Below, in pieces: positions 47,901 to 61,349 of a stretch of DNA of 64,000 nucleotides. The DNA comes from Macrostomum lignano (Eukaryota). The position numbers and the translations under genes were made by a program. The notes below the pieces were generated by a model, which was not told the origin of the DNA, made no database searches, and worked only from the letters and a program-made list of their open reading frames with translations. The first letter of the stretch is position 1. The number at the start of each line of letters is the position of its first letter. The stretch spans positions 62,001 through 126,000 of the forward strand of contig NIVC01000767.1 of NCBI GenBank assembly GCA_002269645.1, read 5' to 3'.

Positions 47901-50900
47901 GTTCCCATTTCTAAGCGGACTAATCTGTTGAAGCTTTCAGTCTCTTTAAACACCGAGTTTAGCACCATTTAAAACACTGAGTTTAGTGCCCCCAAACACA
48001 GTTTATCACCCTTTAAACACGGAGTTTAGCGCCCTTTTAACAGAGTTTAGCGCCATTTAAACACCGAGTTTAGCGCATTTTAAACACTGCGTTAAACACC
48101 CTTTAAACACCGAGTTTAGCGCATTTTAAACACTGCGTTAAACACCCTTTAAACACCGAGTTTAGCACCATTTTAGACACTGAGTTTAGTGCCCTCCAAA
48201 CACAGTTTATCACCCTTTAAACACCGAGTTTAGCACCATTTTAAACACTGAGTTTAGTGCCCTCCAAACACAGTTTATCACCCTTTAAACACCGAGTTTA
48301 GCACCATTTTAAACACTGAGTTTAGTGCCCTCCAAACACAGTTTATCACCCTTTAAACACCGAGTTTAGCACCATTTTAAACACTGAGTTTAGTGCCCTC
48401 CAAACACAGTTTATCACCCTTTAAACACGGAGTTTAGCGCCCTTTAAACAGAGTTTAGCGCCATTTAAACACCGAGTTTAGCGCATTTTAAACACTTCGT
48501 TAAACACCCTTTAAACACCGAGTTTAGCGCATTTTAAACACTGCGTTAAACACCCTTTAAACACCGAGTTTAGCACCATTTTAGACACTGAGTTTAGTGC
48601 CCTCCAAACACAGTTTATCACCCTTTTAACACGGAGTTTAGCGCCCTTTAAACAGAGTTTAGCGCCATTTAAACACCGAGTTTAGCGAATTTTAAACACT
48701 TCGTTAAACACCCTTTAAACACCGAGTTTAGCGCATTTTAAACACTGCGTTAAACACCCTTTAAACACCGAGTTTAGCACCATTTTAGACACTGAGTTTA
48801 GTGCCCTCCAAACACAGTTTATCACCCTTTTAACACGGAGTTTAGCGCCCTTTAAACACGGAGTTTAGCGCCCTTTAAACAGAGTTTAGCGCCCTTTAAA
48901 CAGAGTTTAGCGCCCTTTAAACAGAGTTTAGCCCCCTTTAAACAGAGTTTAGCGCCCTTTAAACAGAGTTTAGCGCCCTTTAAACAGAGTTTAGCGCCCT
49001 TTAAACAGAGTTTAGCGCCCTTTAAACAGAGTTTAGCGCCCTTTAAACTGAGTTTAGCGCCCTTTAAACAGAGTTTAGCGCCCTTTAAACGGAGTTTAGC
49101 GCCCTTTAAACAGAGTTTAGCGCCATTTAAACACCGAGTTTAGCGCTCTTTAAACACAGAATTTAGTGCCTATTTAAACCAATAGTGTAGCACCCTTTTT
49201 CAACACCCGGGTTTAGCAGGCCGCCAAGAACCACCAATATTAGGGCTTATAAAACAGCAAGCGTGCTAAAGAAAATTGGCCAATATTATAGTGCTGACTG
49301 GCCATTTTCCTAGCTCTGTATTTCTGCGCCACCCCTCCCCCCCCCCGCGGCTGACCCCCATGACTTGGCTGACCACGCTGGCTGCATGACAAACCAAATA
49401 TGGAAGGCAGTTATAGAAAAGCAGCTTGGATGTAGAAGATGGGTTAGTGCAGACTCCCAGTGTCAGTTATCACTTGCCCCCTTAACTGGACTGTTTCCTG
49501 GCAACTGCGTTTTGCAAAGCCTGATATTGCGCGTGCATATTGCACTACTGTATCTGCATGCTGAATTCTTATCTATGCTGGTTTGAAACCTGATGGCTTA
49601 AAATATATTATATACAATTTCTACCTGACATTAGTCTGACACAAGAATATCGTTTAAGGGTATTTTGGGATACGCAGGTTTCTATTGCATAGCAGATATT
49701 GTAGCTTGATTGAATTGCATCTTAAGTATAAAAATATCGTATGAAAATTTTTACTATCAAACTTCCTTCCTTAAAAATCTTACCAATCTCACGCTGTGAA
49801 TCTCCCTTGTCTCACTAAGAATCTCCCTTGCCTCACTGAGAATCTCACCAATCTCATGCTAAGAATCTCCCCAATCTCACGCTAAGAATCTCCCCAATCT
49901 CACGCTAAGAATCTCCCCGATCTCACGCTATGAATCTCCCAATCTCACGCTGTGAATCTCCCCAATCTCACGCTATGAATCTCCCCAATATCACGCTGTG
50001 AATCTCCCTTGCCTCATTGAGAATCTCCCTTGCCTCACTGAGAATCTCCCCAATCTCACGCTGAGAATCTCACCAATCTCACGGTGAGAATCTCACCAAT
50101 CTCACGCTGAGAATCTCACCAATCTCACGGTAAGAATCTCACCAATATCACGCTGAGAATCTCACCAATCTCACGCTGAGAATCTCACCAATCTCACGGT
50201 AAGAATCTCACCAATATCACGCTGAGAATCTCCCCAATCTCACGCTGAGAATCTCCTTTACCTCACTGAGAATCGCCTTCATCTCACCAAAATCTTACCA
50301 GTACCTCACTGACATCGCCCAGACGCCTTCACCCTACACCCCACCCCAATTCCAGAGTCCATGGCGCTGCCGAGGTCGGTGCTGGACCGCTATCAACTAT
50401 CAACCGACGACGCGGCCTACGTGCAGGACAATTTTCCGGAGACCATGTCCACCTACAGGCGGCTGCTTGCAGGCGACGGCGGCGGCGGCAGCTCCGGCTC
50501 CGTCAGCAGAGCTTCAACTGTCGGCGCTGCCGGATCAGATGTCAGCAGTACTGCAGGCATCGGTGGATCTGTACAGCGGCAGCAGCAGCAGCAGCAGCAG
50601 CATAGAGACCGATCCTTTCTAGCCTCATTGTCCTCATCTGCGGCCGGCCTGTTGCTCAAATCCGAGGCCGTGTCTCCGGCTTCGTGCAGTTCCGCCTCGG
50701 CCACGCCAAGCTCTGCCGCTTCAGCCGGCGGCGGCGGCGGCGTCAAACGGCCGCCGTCAGAGTCGCCAACTAACGCGCAGATGCCGTTTAAAAAGCGCAG
50801 ACCAATGAGCAGTACGGATTTTACTCCCGCGGCTGCAGTCTCCGGATCTGTTTACGGAGCTGCGGTCTGCGCTGCTGGATTCACTCCAATTACTAGTGAG

Positions 50901-53900
50901 TGCTAACTGCTCTGCTCAGTTTCTCTTCCCCTCGGTATTTGGACCTGTGTCTTCCCCTCTGTGTCTTCCCCTTCTGTGTCTTCCCCTCTGTCTTCCCCTT
51001 CTGTGTCTTCCCCTCTGTCTTCCCCTCTGTGTCTTCCCCTTCTGTCTTCCCCTCTGTGTCTTCCCCTCTGTGTCTTCCCCTCTGTGTCTTCCCCTCTGTG
51101 TCTTCCCCTCTGTGTCTTCCCCTCTGTGTCTTCCCCTCTGTGTCTTCCCCTCTGTGTCTTCCCCTTCTGTGTCTTCCCCTCTGTGTCTTCCCCTCTGTGT
51201 CTTCCCCTCTGTGTCTTTCCCTCTGTGTCTTCCCTTTCTGTCTTCCCCTCTGTGTCTTCCCCTCTGTGTCTTCATCTCTGTGTCTTCCCTTTCTGTCTTC
51301 CTTTCTGTGTCTTCTCCTCTGTGTCTTCCTTTCTGTGTCTCCCTCTGTTTCTTCCTTTCTGTGCCTTCCCCTCTGTCTTCCCCTCCGTGTCTTCCCCTCC
51401 GTGTCTTCCCCTCTGTGTCTCGCCCTCTGTGTCTTCCCCTCTGTCTTCCCCTTCTGTGTCTTCCCCTCTGTGTCTTCCCCTCTGTGTCTTCCCCTCTGTG
51501 TCTTCATCTCTGTGTCTTCCCTTTCTGTATTCCTTTCTGTGTCTTCTCCTCTGTGTCTTCCTTTCTGTGTCTTTCCCTCTGTTTCTTCCTTTCTGTGCCT
51601 TCCCCTCTGTCTTCCCCTCCGTGTCTTCCCCTCCGTGTCTTCCCCTCTGTGTCTCGCCCTCTGTGTCTTCCCCTCTGTCTTCCCCTTCTGTCTTCCCCTC
51701 TGTGTCTTCCCCTCTGTGTCTTCCCCTTCTGTGTCTTCCCCTCTGTGTCTTCCCCTTCTGTCTTCCCCTCTGTGTCTTCCCCTTCTGTGTCTTCCCCTTC
51801 TGTCTTCCCCTCTGTGTCTTCCCCTCTGTGTCTTCCCCTCTGTGTCTTCCCCTCTGTGTCTTCCCCTTCTGTGTCTTCCCCTCTGTGTCTTCCCCTCTGT
51901 GTCTTCCCCTTCTGTCTTCCCCTTCTGTGTCTTCCCCTCTGTGTCTTCCCCTCTGTGTCTTCCCCTTCTGTCTTCCCCTCCGTGTCTTCCCCTCTGTGTC
52001 TCGCCCTCTGTGTCTTCCCCTTCTACGTCATCACCTTCTGTGCCTCCCCCTTCTCTGTCTTCCCCTTGCAGTCTTCACTCCCGTGTTCCACCTCTGTGCC
52101 TACATGTATCCCATTTCCAGCTCTTTAAACTTTTTACGACAATTTTTACGAACTGAAATACCTTCACAAATGCATATAATTTGATTAAAATTTAAGGCGC
52201 CCTCTTCGATCGGCGGCCTTCAAGCGATGAGGGCGACGCCGCCAAACTTGGCGCCAGTTCCGCCGGTCAGCCGCCACCTTTGCCGCCTCCTCCGGCGCCG
52301 CCGCCGCTGCCGTCGCACCAGCAGCAGCAACAGCAGTCTCAGTCGCATTTCGATTCGCACCACCAGAGCCACACTGAGGACGAAATAGCCGAGATTAACC
52401 GGCCCGCTGTGGCCGCGGACGCCGCTGACGAGCGCGAAGCTGCCGCTACGCTGTGCGCCTTGCGGAATTCGCCTATTTGTGTGAGTTGCTTAGTTTCTAT
52501 TTTGATTTGAGTATGGTAGCTTTGGTTCCCCAATTCTGATTCCCCATCCCAGCCTCATCCCGATACTCCATCCCAGCCTCATCCCGATTCTCCATCCCAG
52601 CCTCATCCTGATTCCGCATCCCAGCCTCATCCCGATTCTCCATCCCAGCCTCATCCCGATTCTCCATCCCAGCCTCATCCCGATTCCCCATCCCAGCCTC
52701 ATCCCGATTCCGCATCCCAGCCTCATCCCGATTCCGCATCCCAGCCTCATCTTGATTCCGCATCCCAGCCTCATCCCGATTCCGCATCCCAGCCTCATCC
52801 CGATTTTCCATCCCAGCCTCATCCCGATTCCCCATCCCAGCCTCATCCCGATTCCGCATCCCAGCCTCATCCCGATTCTCCATCCCAGCCTCATCCCGAT
52901 TCTCCATCCCAGCCTCATCCCGATTCCGCATCCCAGCCTCATCCCGATTCTCCATCCCAGCCTCATCCCGATTCCCCATCCCAGCCTCATTTCGATTCCC
53001 CATCCCAGCCTCATTTCGATTCCCCATCCCAGCCTCATCCCAATTCCGCATCATGCTCATCCGCTGTCATTTCTGTGACCCGCAGCCCGGTGAGTACTAT
53101 TCAGTATTCTCTGAGGGCCGCCTCGCCTCCGTAGCCTCAGGCGCCTCAAATGTCGCTTCTTCGGCGGGCGCCATGCCGGCGCCGCCGTTGCCGCGCCCTC
53201 GGCCGCTGTTGCAACGCGTCGACGGCACCCTGGCCGAGCGGGACCATGCCGCAACCGCAGCGGCCACCGGCTCGTCTTCAAACCCTTCGGAAAGCATGAC
53301 GACATCATCGATGTCGCTGCAGTCAATGTCGTCGTATTCCTCTTCGTCATCGTCAATATTTATGCCGTCGGTTCAGGCCGCGGTGTCGCACACCGGCGTG
53401 TTCCGGCCGATTCTGCCGCCGTCGGCATCAGCCGCTCTCTATTGGCAGGGCAGCGGAAGCGGCGGTGGAGGCGGCGCCGCAGCGATGCGGGGCTCCACGA
53501 CGCCAGTGGGCCAGAGTCCCCTAATCGCCGGCCGCAACGATACGCCAACTGCGATCCGGCTGATATTGGAGATGCAGAGCTCGCAGAGCGGCGGCGGAGG
53601 AAGCGGCGGTGGCGCCGGCGGCGCAGGCGACGCGGCTGTTTCCGCTGCCGGCGCTGCGCGTCGTCTTCAATCGTCGGCTGCTGGCGTGGCGCCAAGCATC
53701 GATCAGTTTGAGCACATGCTGCGAGCGACCACTGGCGCCACGCCCACCTGGCCCTACGCGACAGGAGTTGGTGGCAGCGGCGGCGGCAGTGGCACCGAAA
53801 GCAGCCCGGTGAAGCAGCTCTACACCGCTGCGTCGGCAACTGCCGCTGCAGCGTCGGCGGCTTCGACATCCGCAGCCGAGTTGAAGTCTTCGCAGGCGTC

Positions 53901-53928
53901 GGCAGAGGAACAGCGCCGAGTGCATTGA
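44932..53928 (+). CDS. NFI: Nuclear Factor I (NFI/CTF) family transcription factor, divergent; 5 core coding exons (~834 aa) plus candidate upstream exons
   Basis: Exons 44932-45282, 46204-46690, 50356-50895, 52197-52480 and 53086-53928 splice in frame (2505 nt). DNA-binding domain [58 protein letters not shown] aligns with NFI [43 protein letters not shown]. The C-terminus is low-complexity Ser/Ala/Gln/Pro. Confidence 0.88.
45440..46125. repeat. 23-bp minisatellite, NFI intron
   Basis: Unit approximately TCACTGGAAAATCGCCTTCCTAA, ~30 degenerate copies. Confidence 0.9.
46722..47185. repeat. 30-31-bp minisatellite just after an NFI donor site, ~15 units
   Basis: Unit CCTCAGTGAGGCCTCCGGCTTCCCTCAGACC. 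Confidence 0.93.
47940..49150. repeat. 21-25-bp TTAAACA-GAGTTTAG satellite with higher-order structure
   Basis: Several monomer types repeat in ordered blocks, ending in a homogeneous 21-bp TTAAACAGAGTTTAGCGCCCT run (~48850-49130). Confidence 0.9.
49790..50270. repeat. 22-23-bp GAGAATCTC minisatellite
   Basis: Unit approximately GAGAATCTCACCAATCTCACGCT. Confidence 0.9.
50925..52070. repeat. CT-rich 14-bp-based minisatellite filling an NFI intron
   Basis: CTCTGTGTCTTCCC and variants; purine-poor on the + strand. Confidence 0.93.
52545..53050. repeat. 24-bp minisatellite, ~21 units
   Basis: Unit CCCAGCCTCATCCCGATTC(C/T)(G/C)CAT. Confidence 0.95.
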
Positions 53929-55059
53929 CAACCGGGGGGGGGGTCCTCGGGCGCACGAAAATGAATCAAAACAATGATCTAATAAGCAAACTAGGATGTT
54001 TAGTGGGCATTGGAACCTGCAGAATCAAGGACTGCGATAGATACTGCATCCTATCCATGGTTCGATTCCACTATTAATTTGGCCGGGGGGGGGGTTGGGG
54101 TGGTTGTGCGATTCACAGCTCTGAGGTCCAACAGAGAGTGTACATGCCTGACCGTTAGAAAGTCAGGGTCGCTGTACATCCTGTGTGAGCGTGTGTGTGC
54201 CAGCGTGCAGTATTGGCGAAATAGGGCTTGTACAGAGAAATATGACGCACCTGTGCACTTGTCAATCAATGCCCAGTCTTCTAGTCAGCTGTGAGGCGTC
54301 TCTCATTCTCCCTGTAATTCTAATGCAGAAATGAGTTTGCTTTTGAATGTTATTGAAATATAATTATTAATTATTGCTATTAGTGTTACTGGCCAAGCCA
54401 GGTATTGCTATAATATTAATTTTACCTATTAATTAGTACTTTATATTCCTAGTCCGATAATTTCTTCTTGGCTCTCTTCTCATTATTTACATTCGTATTA
54501 TGAGCAAAATTTATAATCTGTGCATTAATTTGTTTTATTATAATCATGTCAAGCTCATTTATTGTTAATTTAATCATTCATTGCTGCAATAGTTTGAATT
54601 TGAATTTTATTTTATTTTTTACAAATACGACTTAACGCTCAAATTAAACTGTACAGTAGTATGCAGTAGTATGCGTCAAGTTTTGCCTTAAAATTAATAT
54701 TATTATATTGCAAATAATAACATTACGCCTGTTCAATGATGAGGATGTTCCAGCTTTTTTAACTTGTTGCCTTTCTATTAGCTTTAGCTGCTGCTAGTTA
54801 AAGAATTTCAGTTTTTGCTCGTAAAACCGCTCGTAAACGATTGCCGCCAAAAATATTGTCTTGAAATAATTTTTTTGTCTTCAAAAATCCAATTGAAAAT
54901 AGAAGTTTAATGACATTTTTTCTTGTAGTCTACGAGTCAAAAAAGCATCCCAATCAAATTCTGCTCGATTTAGGACATGTCCTTTAGATACTACTTGAAG
55001 TAAATAAACCTAGTGCCAATCATCTCAGAATTAGAATCCCCATCACTAATATAATATTG

Positions 55060-55470
55060 GAATCCTGACCCCCATCCCTAGTTTAAATTAGGATCCTCAT
55101 TCCCCATCCCTAATACAATATTAGCATCCCCATCACTAATATTAGAATCCCCATCACTAATATTAGAATCCCCATCACTAATATTAGAATCCCCATCACT
55201 AATTTTAGAATCCCCATCACTAATATTAGAATCCCATCACTAATATACTGGTAATATTGGAATCCCTATATACCCATATACCCATCCCTAATTTAAATTA
55301 GAATCCTCATTTCCCATCCCTAATACAATATTAGCATCCCCATCGCCATCCCCATTCCCCATTCTTAATATAAACTAAATCCCCATTCCCCACCCCTAAT
55401 ATTAGAATCCCCATCACTACTATTAGAATCCCCATCACTAATATTATAATCCCATCGCTAATATTAGAAC
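55060..55470. repeat. Degenerate 21-bp minisatellite
   Basis: Unit CCCATCACTAATATTAGAATC. Confidence 0.8.
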
Positions 55471-55989
55471 CCCCAAATCGATACTGAGATCGTTGATGTT
55501 ATAATTTGATTAGAATAATGATGAATACTGATATTTCCATTTGATTATTTTCATAAGTGCTTCAACTCGTAAACAGCTGGTTCAGTAAGCTTGTTTTCGA
55601 AGTAATGTGTGCTCACTGGATATTAATTTACTCTTAGAGTTGCCAATTACAGATAGAGTTTTGTCCCGTTAGTCTTTATGGAACTCTGTTTCATTTTTTG
55701 TTTATAAAAAAATTAGCAAAATATCCCTTTAAATTAATGAACCAGCCAAGCTGCTCAGTTATATGTTTTTTAATTCTTTACAGCTAAAATATTTTGTGTT
55801 TTTATAAATTTATGTTCGTTTAATTTGTTCTGCTACTCGATAAAAAACACCCCTATTAAACACCTTTAACAGCAATTATAAACTTCCTTGATAAACAGCC
55901 GGACCGAACAGCCTCTAAGCAGGTACTTTATAGAATATATAAACAGTTTTAATAAACACTAATAGGTTTTATAAACACCTTTATAGAAT

Positions 55990-56440
55990 CCGTAAACAGA
56001 CTCAATAGACACCCCCAAGAGCCTCTATAAACATACAGTTTAGAGTCCCTAAACAGGCTCAATAAACACCCCAAGAGCCTCTATAAACATACAGTTTAGA
56101 GTCCGTAAACAGACCCAATAGACACCCCCAAGAGCCTCTATAAACATACAGTTTAGAGTCCTTAAACAGACCCAATAGACACCCCCAAGAGCCTCTATAA
56201 ACATACAGTTTAGAGTCCGTAAACAGGCTCAATAGACACCCCCAAGAGCCTCTATAAACATACAGTTTAGAGTCCGTAAACAGGCTCAATAAACACCCCA
56301 GGAGCCTCTATAAACATACAGTTTAGAGTCCGTAAACAGGCTCAATAAACACCCGAAGAGCATCTATAAACATACAGTTTAGAGTCCGTAAACAGACTCA
56401 ATAAACACCTCAAGAGCCTCTATAAACATACAGTTTAACA
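55990..56440. repeat. 57-bp minisatellite, ~7-8 units
   Basis: Unit AATAGACACCCCCAAGAGCCTCTATAAACATACAGTTTAGAGTCCGTAAACAGGCTC. Confidence 0.92.
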
Positions 56441-57664
56441 TACCGTAACATTAAACATACCGTAAACAGACTTAATGAAGACCCTAAATAGCCTCAATGC
56501 CTTCATTAAACAACATAGTCAAAATAAACACCCTTAACGAGCACCTATATAAACAGCCTTATTGCCCAGCCAATCCATGCCATCTCAAACTGTGTCTTGA
56601 TTCTCGAGCACTCTTCTGTTCTAAACCAACTTTTTTAGGCATTTATTAACAATCCATTTGTCGCTAGCAGTAGTCAGCGGCGCGCATCTCGTCTGTATTT
56701 GTTCTCCCGTTTTTTCTCGAAAAACTGCAATTATTTTGTTTAAAAAATTTAATTATTGAATGAAGCGCCTTGAGTTGCTTGAAATCGGATAAACTGTAAA
56801 TAAAAGTATTTGACAAATTTGCAGATTTCTAATCAGCTGTGTTCCATCGATTCGCGCCCTTATCTTTATTATCTAATTAACTGTGCTCACACACGTTTTA
56901 CCGCCAGTCGCCGCTTTTTGTGTTATCTGTCCGTCTGCGTGCCTATTTAAAAGTTTATTGCGCTAATTATTACCTGTCTATAGTTTTTATTCTTTTTTTC
57001 TCAATTTTACTGCCCAAATTAAAATCGCATGCCATTAGGTGGCTTTTTATTCTTTTAAATATACTTTTTATACTACTGCTAAAGTGAAAGTAAGTTAGTA
57101 GTATGGGATGATTATATAAAGCGTCAATTTCTAGAAATGTTTTGAATAATCTTTGCTAGAACTGAAATTAGTAATTGATTCGTGTTATTTTGCTTGTCTG
57201 TTCAGCTTTAAGCGTTCCCAGCTTTGGTATATTAATTCAAGTTTTCAAATTTGGCTGATGTATATTAATTATGCACACGCGATTAACTACTTTTTATTCC
57301 TCTCAGTGCCTATAAAATATTATATTCAAGCGATGCTACTAACAGTATCAACTGCTCAGCAATTGCAGCTTTTGATGTACACGAACATTTTAAATTTAAT
57401 TGTACACAATGCAGTTTTTATTTTGTGTTTTTATTAGTTCATAGGTTTCCGATCAATTTAATCGTTCAAAGAAGCAGCTTCATCAACTTATACCGGCGTG
57501 CGTGATGCTGAGTTTGGTGCCAATTAACCTGTTAATTGCTGTTGCTTGCATCGAATTTCACTTTGCCATAGTAACTGAACAATTAACTCTGCTCATTTGT
57601 TTTGCGAACTGCTATCTTTGGCGCTGTAAAATCCGACTATATAAATGTGCTCAACTTGTGTTCG

Positions 57665-58292
57665 ATTAGCTGCAATGATGCGGTCCAGTTCTCATTTAGC
57701 TGCAATGATGCGGTCCAGTTCTCATTCAGCTGCAATTATGCGGTCCAGTTCTCATTCAGCTGCAATGATGCGGTCCAGTTCTCATTCAGCTGCAATGATG
57801 CGGTCCAGTTCTCATTTAGCTGCAATGATGCGGTCCAGTTCTCATTCAGCTGCAATGATGCGGTCCAGTTCTCATTCAGCTGCAATGATGCGGTCCAGTT
57901 CTCATTCAGCTGCAATGATGCGGTCCAGTTCTCATTCAGCTGCAATGATGCGGTCCAGTTCTCATTCAGCTGCAATGATGCGGTCCAGTTCTCATTTAGC
58001 TGCAATGATGCGGTCCAGTTCTCATTCAGCTGCAATGATGCGGTCCAGTTCTCATTCAGCTGCAATGATGCGGTCCAGTTCTCATTCAGCTGCAATGATG
58101 CGGTCCAGTTCTCATTCAGCTGCAATGATGCGGTCCAGTTCTCATTTAGCTGCAATGATGCGGTCCAGTTCTCATTCAGCTGCAATGATGCGGTCCAGTT
58201 CTCATTCAGCTGCAATGATGCGGTCCAGTTCTCATTCAGCTGCAATGATGCGGTCCAGTTCTCATTCAGCTGCAATGATGCGGTCCAGTTCT
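57665..58292. repeat. 30-bp minisatellite with CAATGATGCGGTCCAGTT core, ~21 units
   Basis: Unit AGCTGCAATGATGCGGTCCAGTTCTCATT(C/T); near-perfect. Confidence 0.97.
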
Positions 58293-58829
58293 CCCCTGTA
58301 CAAATCTACTCTATTCTCTGCTGAGTGTTCAATTCTAGTCTGCGCGCTTGTCTAATATTAGCGAGTATTTTAGCGTATCAAGAGTTTTCCTTTGTTTATA
58401 GCTGCATGTTAGATACCACAGGGATCCTGTGTTTTCGTATTTATATACACATATGTTCATCTAATGCATATTATAGCGAATACTTTTCTATTATTATTCT
58501 AACGTAACTATTAATAAGTGTTTGTTTTACCTACTGTTGGTTCATTGCCTATGAATATATAAATATAAAACGTGTAAGCCATGTCTAATTGTGTGCTTAG
58601 TAATTCGATACAGACTGTCTTGTGTGAATAAAAACGGAAACAATATATACTTCTGCACAGTTTGTACTTCTGGATGGAAGCGATTGTGATGGACGAGATA
58701 AAAACTGCATAGGAAGATTAACGAATAGAGGAGGGAGATTATGAGATAAAGAGAGTGGCTGAGATGATAATAGAAAGAAAAAGTCTGTATGAATGTACAG
58801 GTACGAGCAAATATCAAAGCAGCAAAAGA

Positions 58830-60775
58830 GAGATGAACAGAGAGGCTGAGATGAAAAAAGAGGCTGAGAGATAAACAGAGAGGCTGGGAGATGAACGGAG
58901 GGGCTGAGAGATGAACAGAGGGGCTGTGAGTGAAAAGAGGGGGTGAGAGTGAACAGAGGGGGTGAGAGTGAACAGATAGGCTGAGAGTGAAAAGAGGGGG
59001 TGAGAGTGAACAGAGGGGGTGAGAGTGAACAGAGAGGCTGAGAGATAAACAGAGAGGCTGAGAGATGAACAGAGAGGCTAAGAGTGAACAGAGAGGCTGA
59101 GAGATGAACAGAGAGGCTGAGAGTGAAAAGAGGGGGGAGAGTGAACAGAGGGGGTGAGAGTGAACAGAGAGGCTGAGAGATAAACAGAGAGGCTGAGAGA
59201 TGAACAGAGAGGCTAAGAGTGAACAGAGAGGCTGAGAGATGAACAGAGAGGCTGAGAGTGAACTGAGAGGCTGAGAGATGAACAGAGGGGTGAGAGTGAA
59301 CAGAGAGGCTGAGAGATGAACAGAGAGGCTGAGAGATGAACAGAGAGGCTGAGAGTAAACAGAGAGGCTGAGAGTGAACAGAGAGGCTGAGAGATGAACA
59401 GAGAGGCTGAGAGATGAACAGAGAGGCTGAGAGATGAACAGAGAGGCTGAGAGTGAACAGAGAGGCTGAGAGATGAACAGAGGGGGTGAGAGATGAACAG
59501 AGAGGCTGAGAGGTGAACAGAGAGGCTGAGAGTGAACAGAGGGGGTGAGAGATGAACAGAGAGGCTGAGAGATTAACGTTGGGGGTGAGAGATGAACAGA
59601 GAGGCTGAGAGGTGAACAGAGAGGCTGAGAGTGAACAGAGGGGGTGAGAGATTAACAGAGAGGCTGAGAGTAAACAGAGAGGCTGAAAGATGAACAGAGA
59701 GGCTGAGAGATGAACAGAGAGGCTGAGAGATGAACAGAGAGGCTGAGAGATGAACAGAGAGGCTGAGAGATGAACAGAGAGGCTGAGAGATGAACAGAGA
59801 GGCTGAGAGATTAACAGAGAGGCTGAGAGATGAACAGGGGGTGAGAGATGAACAGAGAGGCTGAGAGATGAACAGAGAGGCTGAGAGATGAACAGGGGGT
59901 GAGAGATGAACAGAGGGGGTGAGAGATGAGCAGAGAGGCTGAGAGATGAACAGGGGGTGAGAGATGAACAGAGAGGCTGAGAGATGAACAGGGGGTGAGA
60001 GATGAACAGAGAGGCTGAGAGATGAACAGAGAGGCTGAAAGATGAACAGAGAGGCTGAGAGATGAACAGTGAGGCTGAGAGATGAACAGGGGGTGAGAGA
60101 TGAACAGAGAGGCTGAGAGATGAACAGAGAGGCTGAGAGATGAACAGGGGGTGAGAGATGAACAGAGAGGCTGAGAGATGAACAGGGGGTGAGAGATGAA
60201 CAGAGAGGCTGAGAGATGAACAGAGAGGCTGAGAGATGAACAGAGAGGCTGAGAGATGAACAGAGAGGCTGAAAGATGAACAGAGAGGCTGAGAGATGAA
60301 CAGTGAGGCTGAGAGATGAACAGGGGGTGAGAGATGAACAGAGAGGCTGAGAGATGAACAGAGAGGCTGAGAGATGAACAGGGGGTGAGAGATGAACAGA
60401 GAGGCTGAGAGATGAACAGGGGGTGAGAGATGAACAGAGAGGCTGAGAGATGAACAGAGAGGCTGAGAGATGAACAGGGGGTGAGAGATGAACAGAGAGG
60501 CTGAGAGTGAACAGAGGGGCTGAGAGATGAACAGGGGGTGAGAGATGAACAGAGAGGCTGAGAGATGAACAGAGAGGCTGAGAGTGAATAGAGAGGCTGA
60601 GAGGTGAACAGAGAGGCTGAGAGTGAACAGAGAGGCTGAGAGGTGAACAGAGAGGCTGAGAGTGAACAGAGAGGCTGAGAGGTGAACAGAGAGGCTGAGA
60701 GTGAACAGAGAGGCTGAGAGTGAACAGAGAGGCTGAGAGTGAACAGAGAGGCTGAGAGTGAACAGAGAGGGATGA
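58830..60775. repeat. AG-rich 18/20-bp minisatellite (~1.9 kb)
   Basis: GAGAGATGAACAGAGAGGCT, GAGAGTGAACAGAGAGGCT and GAGAGATGAACAGGGGGT units. Confidence 0.95.
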
Positions 60776-61349
60776 ACACAGTAGACTAAGCACAGTATAG
60801 CGGCACCGAATCGGCAAAAGTGTGATGCAGCCATTTTCAATCCCACCTGGGTTCGGGAGGATAGGTATACCTGGGTGCAGCGGCAAGATGAAAGCTCATG
60901 CACTGGTGCACCCACCACACCGAACTTTTGACTGTGCTATCGTTCGCGCCCAAATCCGCTTGTAGCTTTTTGTCTTCCGGGGGGATTCAGGCTGCGAGGG
61001 CAATTGCAGAAAATATTTAACGAACTGAAAACAGCTGAGGTTTTGGGGAGGATGACGCGACCTTTTCACCGTTACTGGCCCAGCTAAAATGCTTAAAGCT
61101 TTATTGTCTGGGCCGGTGGCCCATCGTTTCAAACAAAGTAGCAGCTTACCGCGAGGTGCGACGAATGAAATTTTATTGTTTCACCGCTCCAGATGTGAGC
61201 CGCGGTTTATTGGCCAGCCACCCTCCGGCTCGCTTTCAAATCCTCTTTTATCGTAGAAACAGTTGGACGGGAAGCTGGCAGCATTTCTTCCGCTTTGGGG
61301 GACTGCCGGGTCTGTCTGCATTTTCTATGCATCTTTTTACTGTTGCATG

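Noticed and set aside
60770-60835. Minus-strand MAASHFCRFGAAILCLVYCVHP as a signal-peptide exon
   Set aside because: No convincing donor or downstream exon; the frame runs into the AG-rich satellite.
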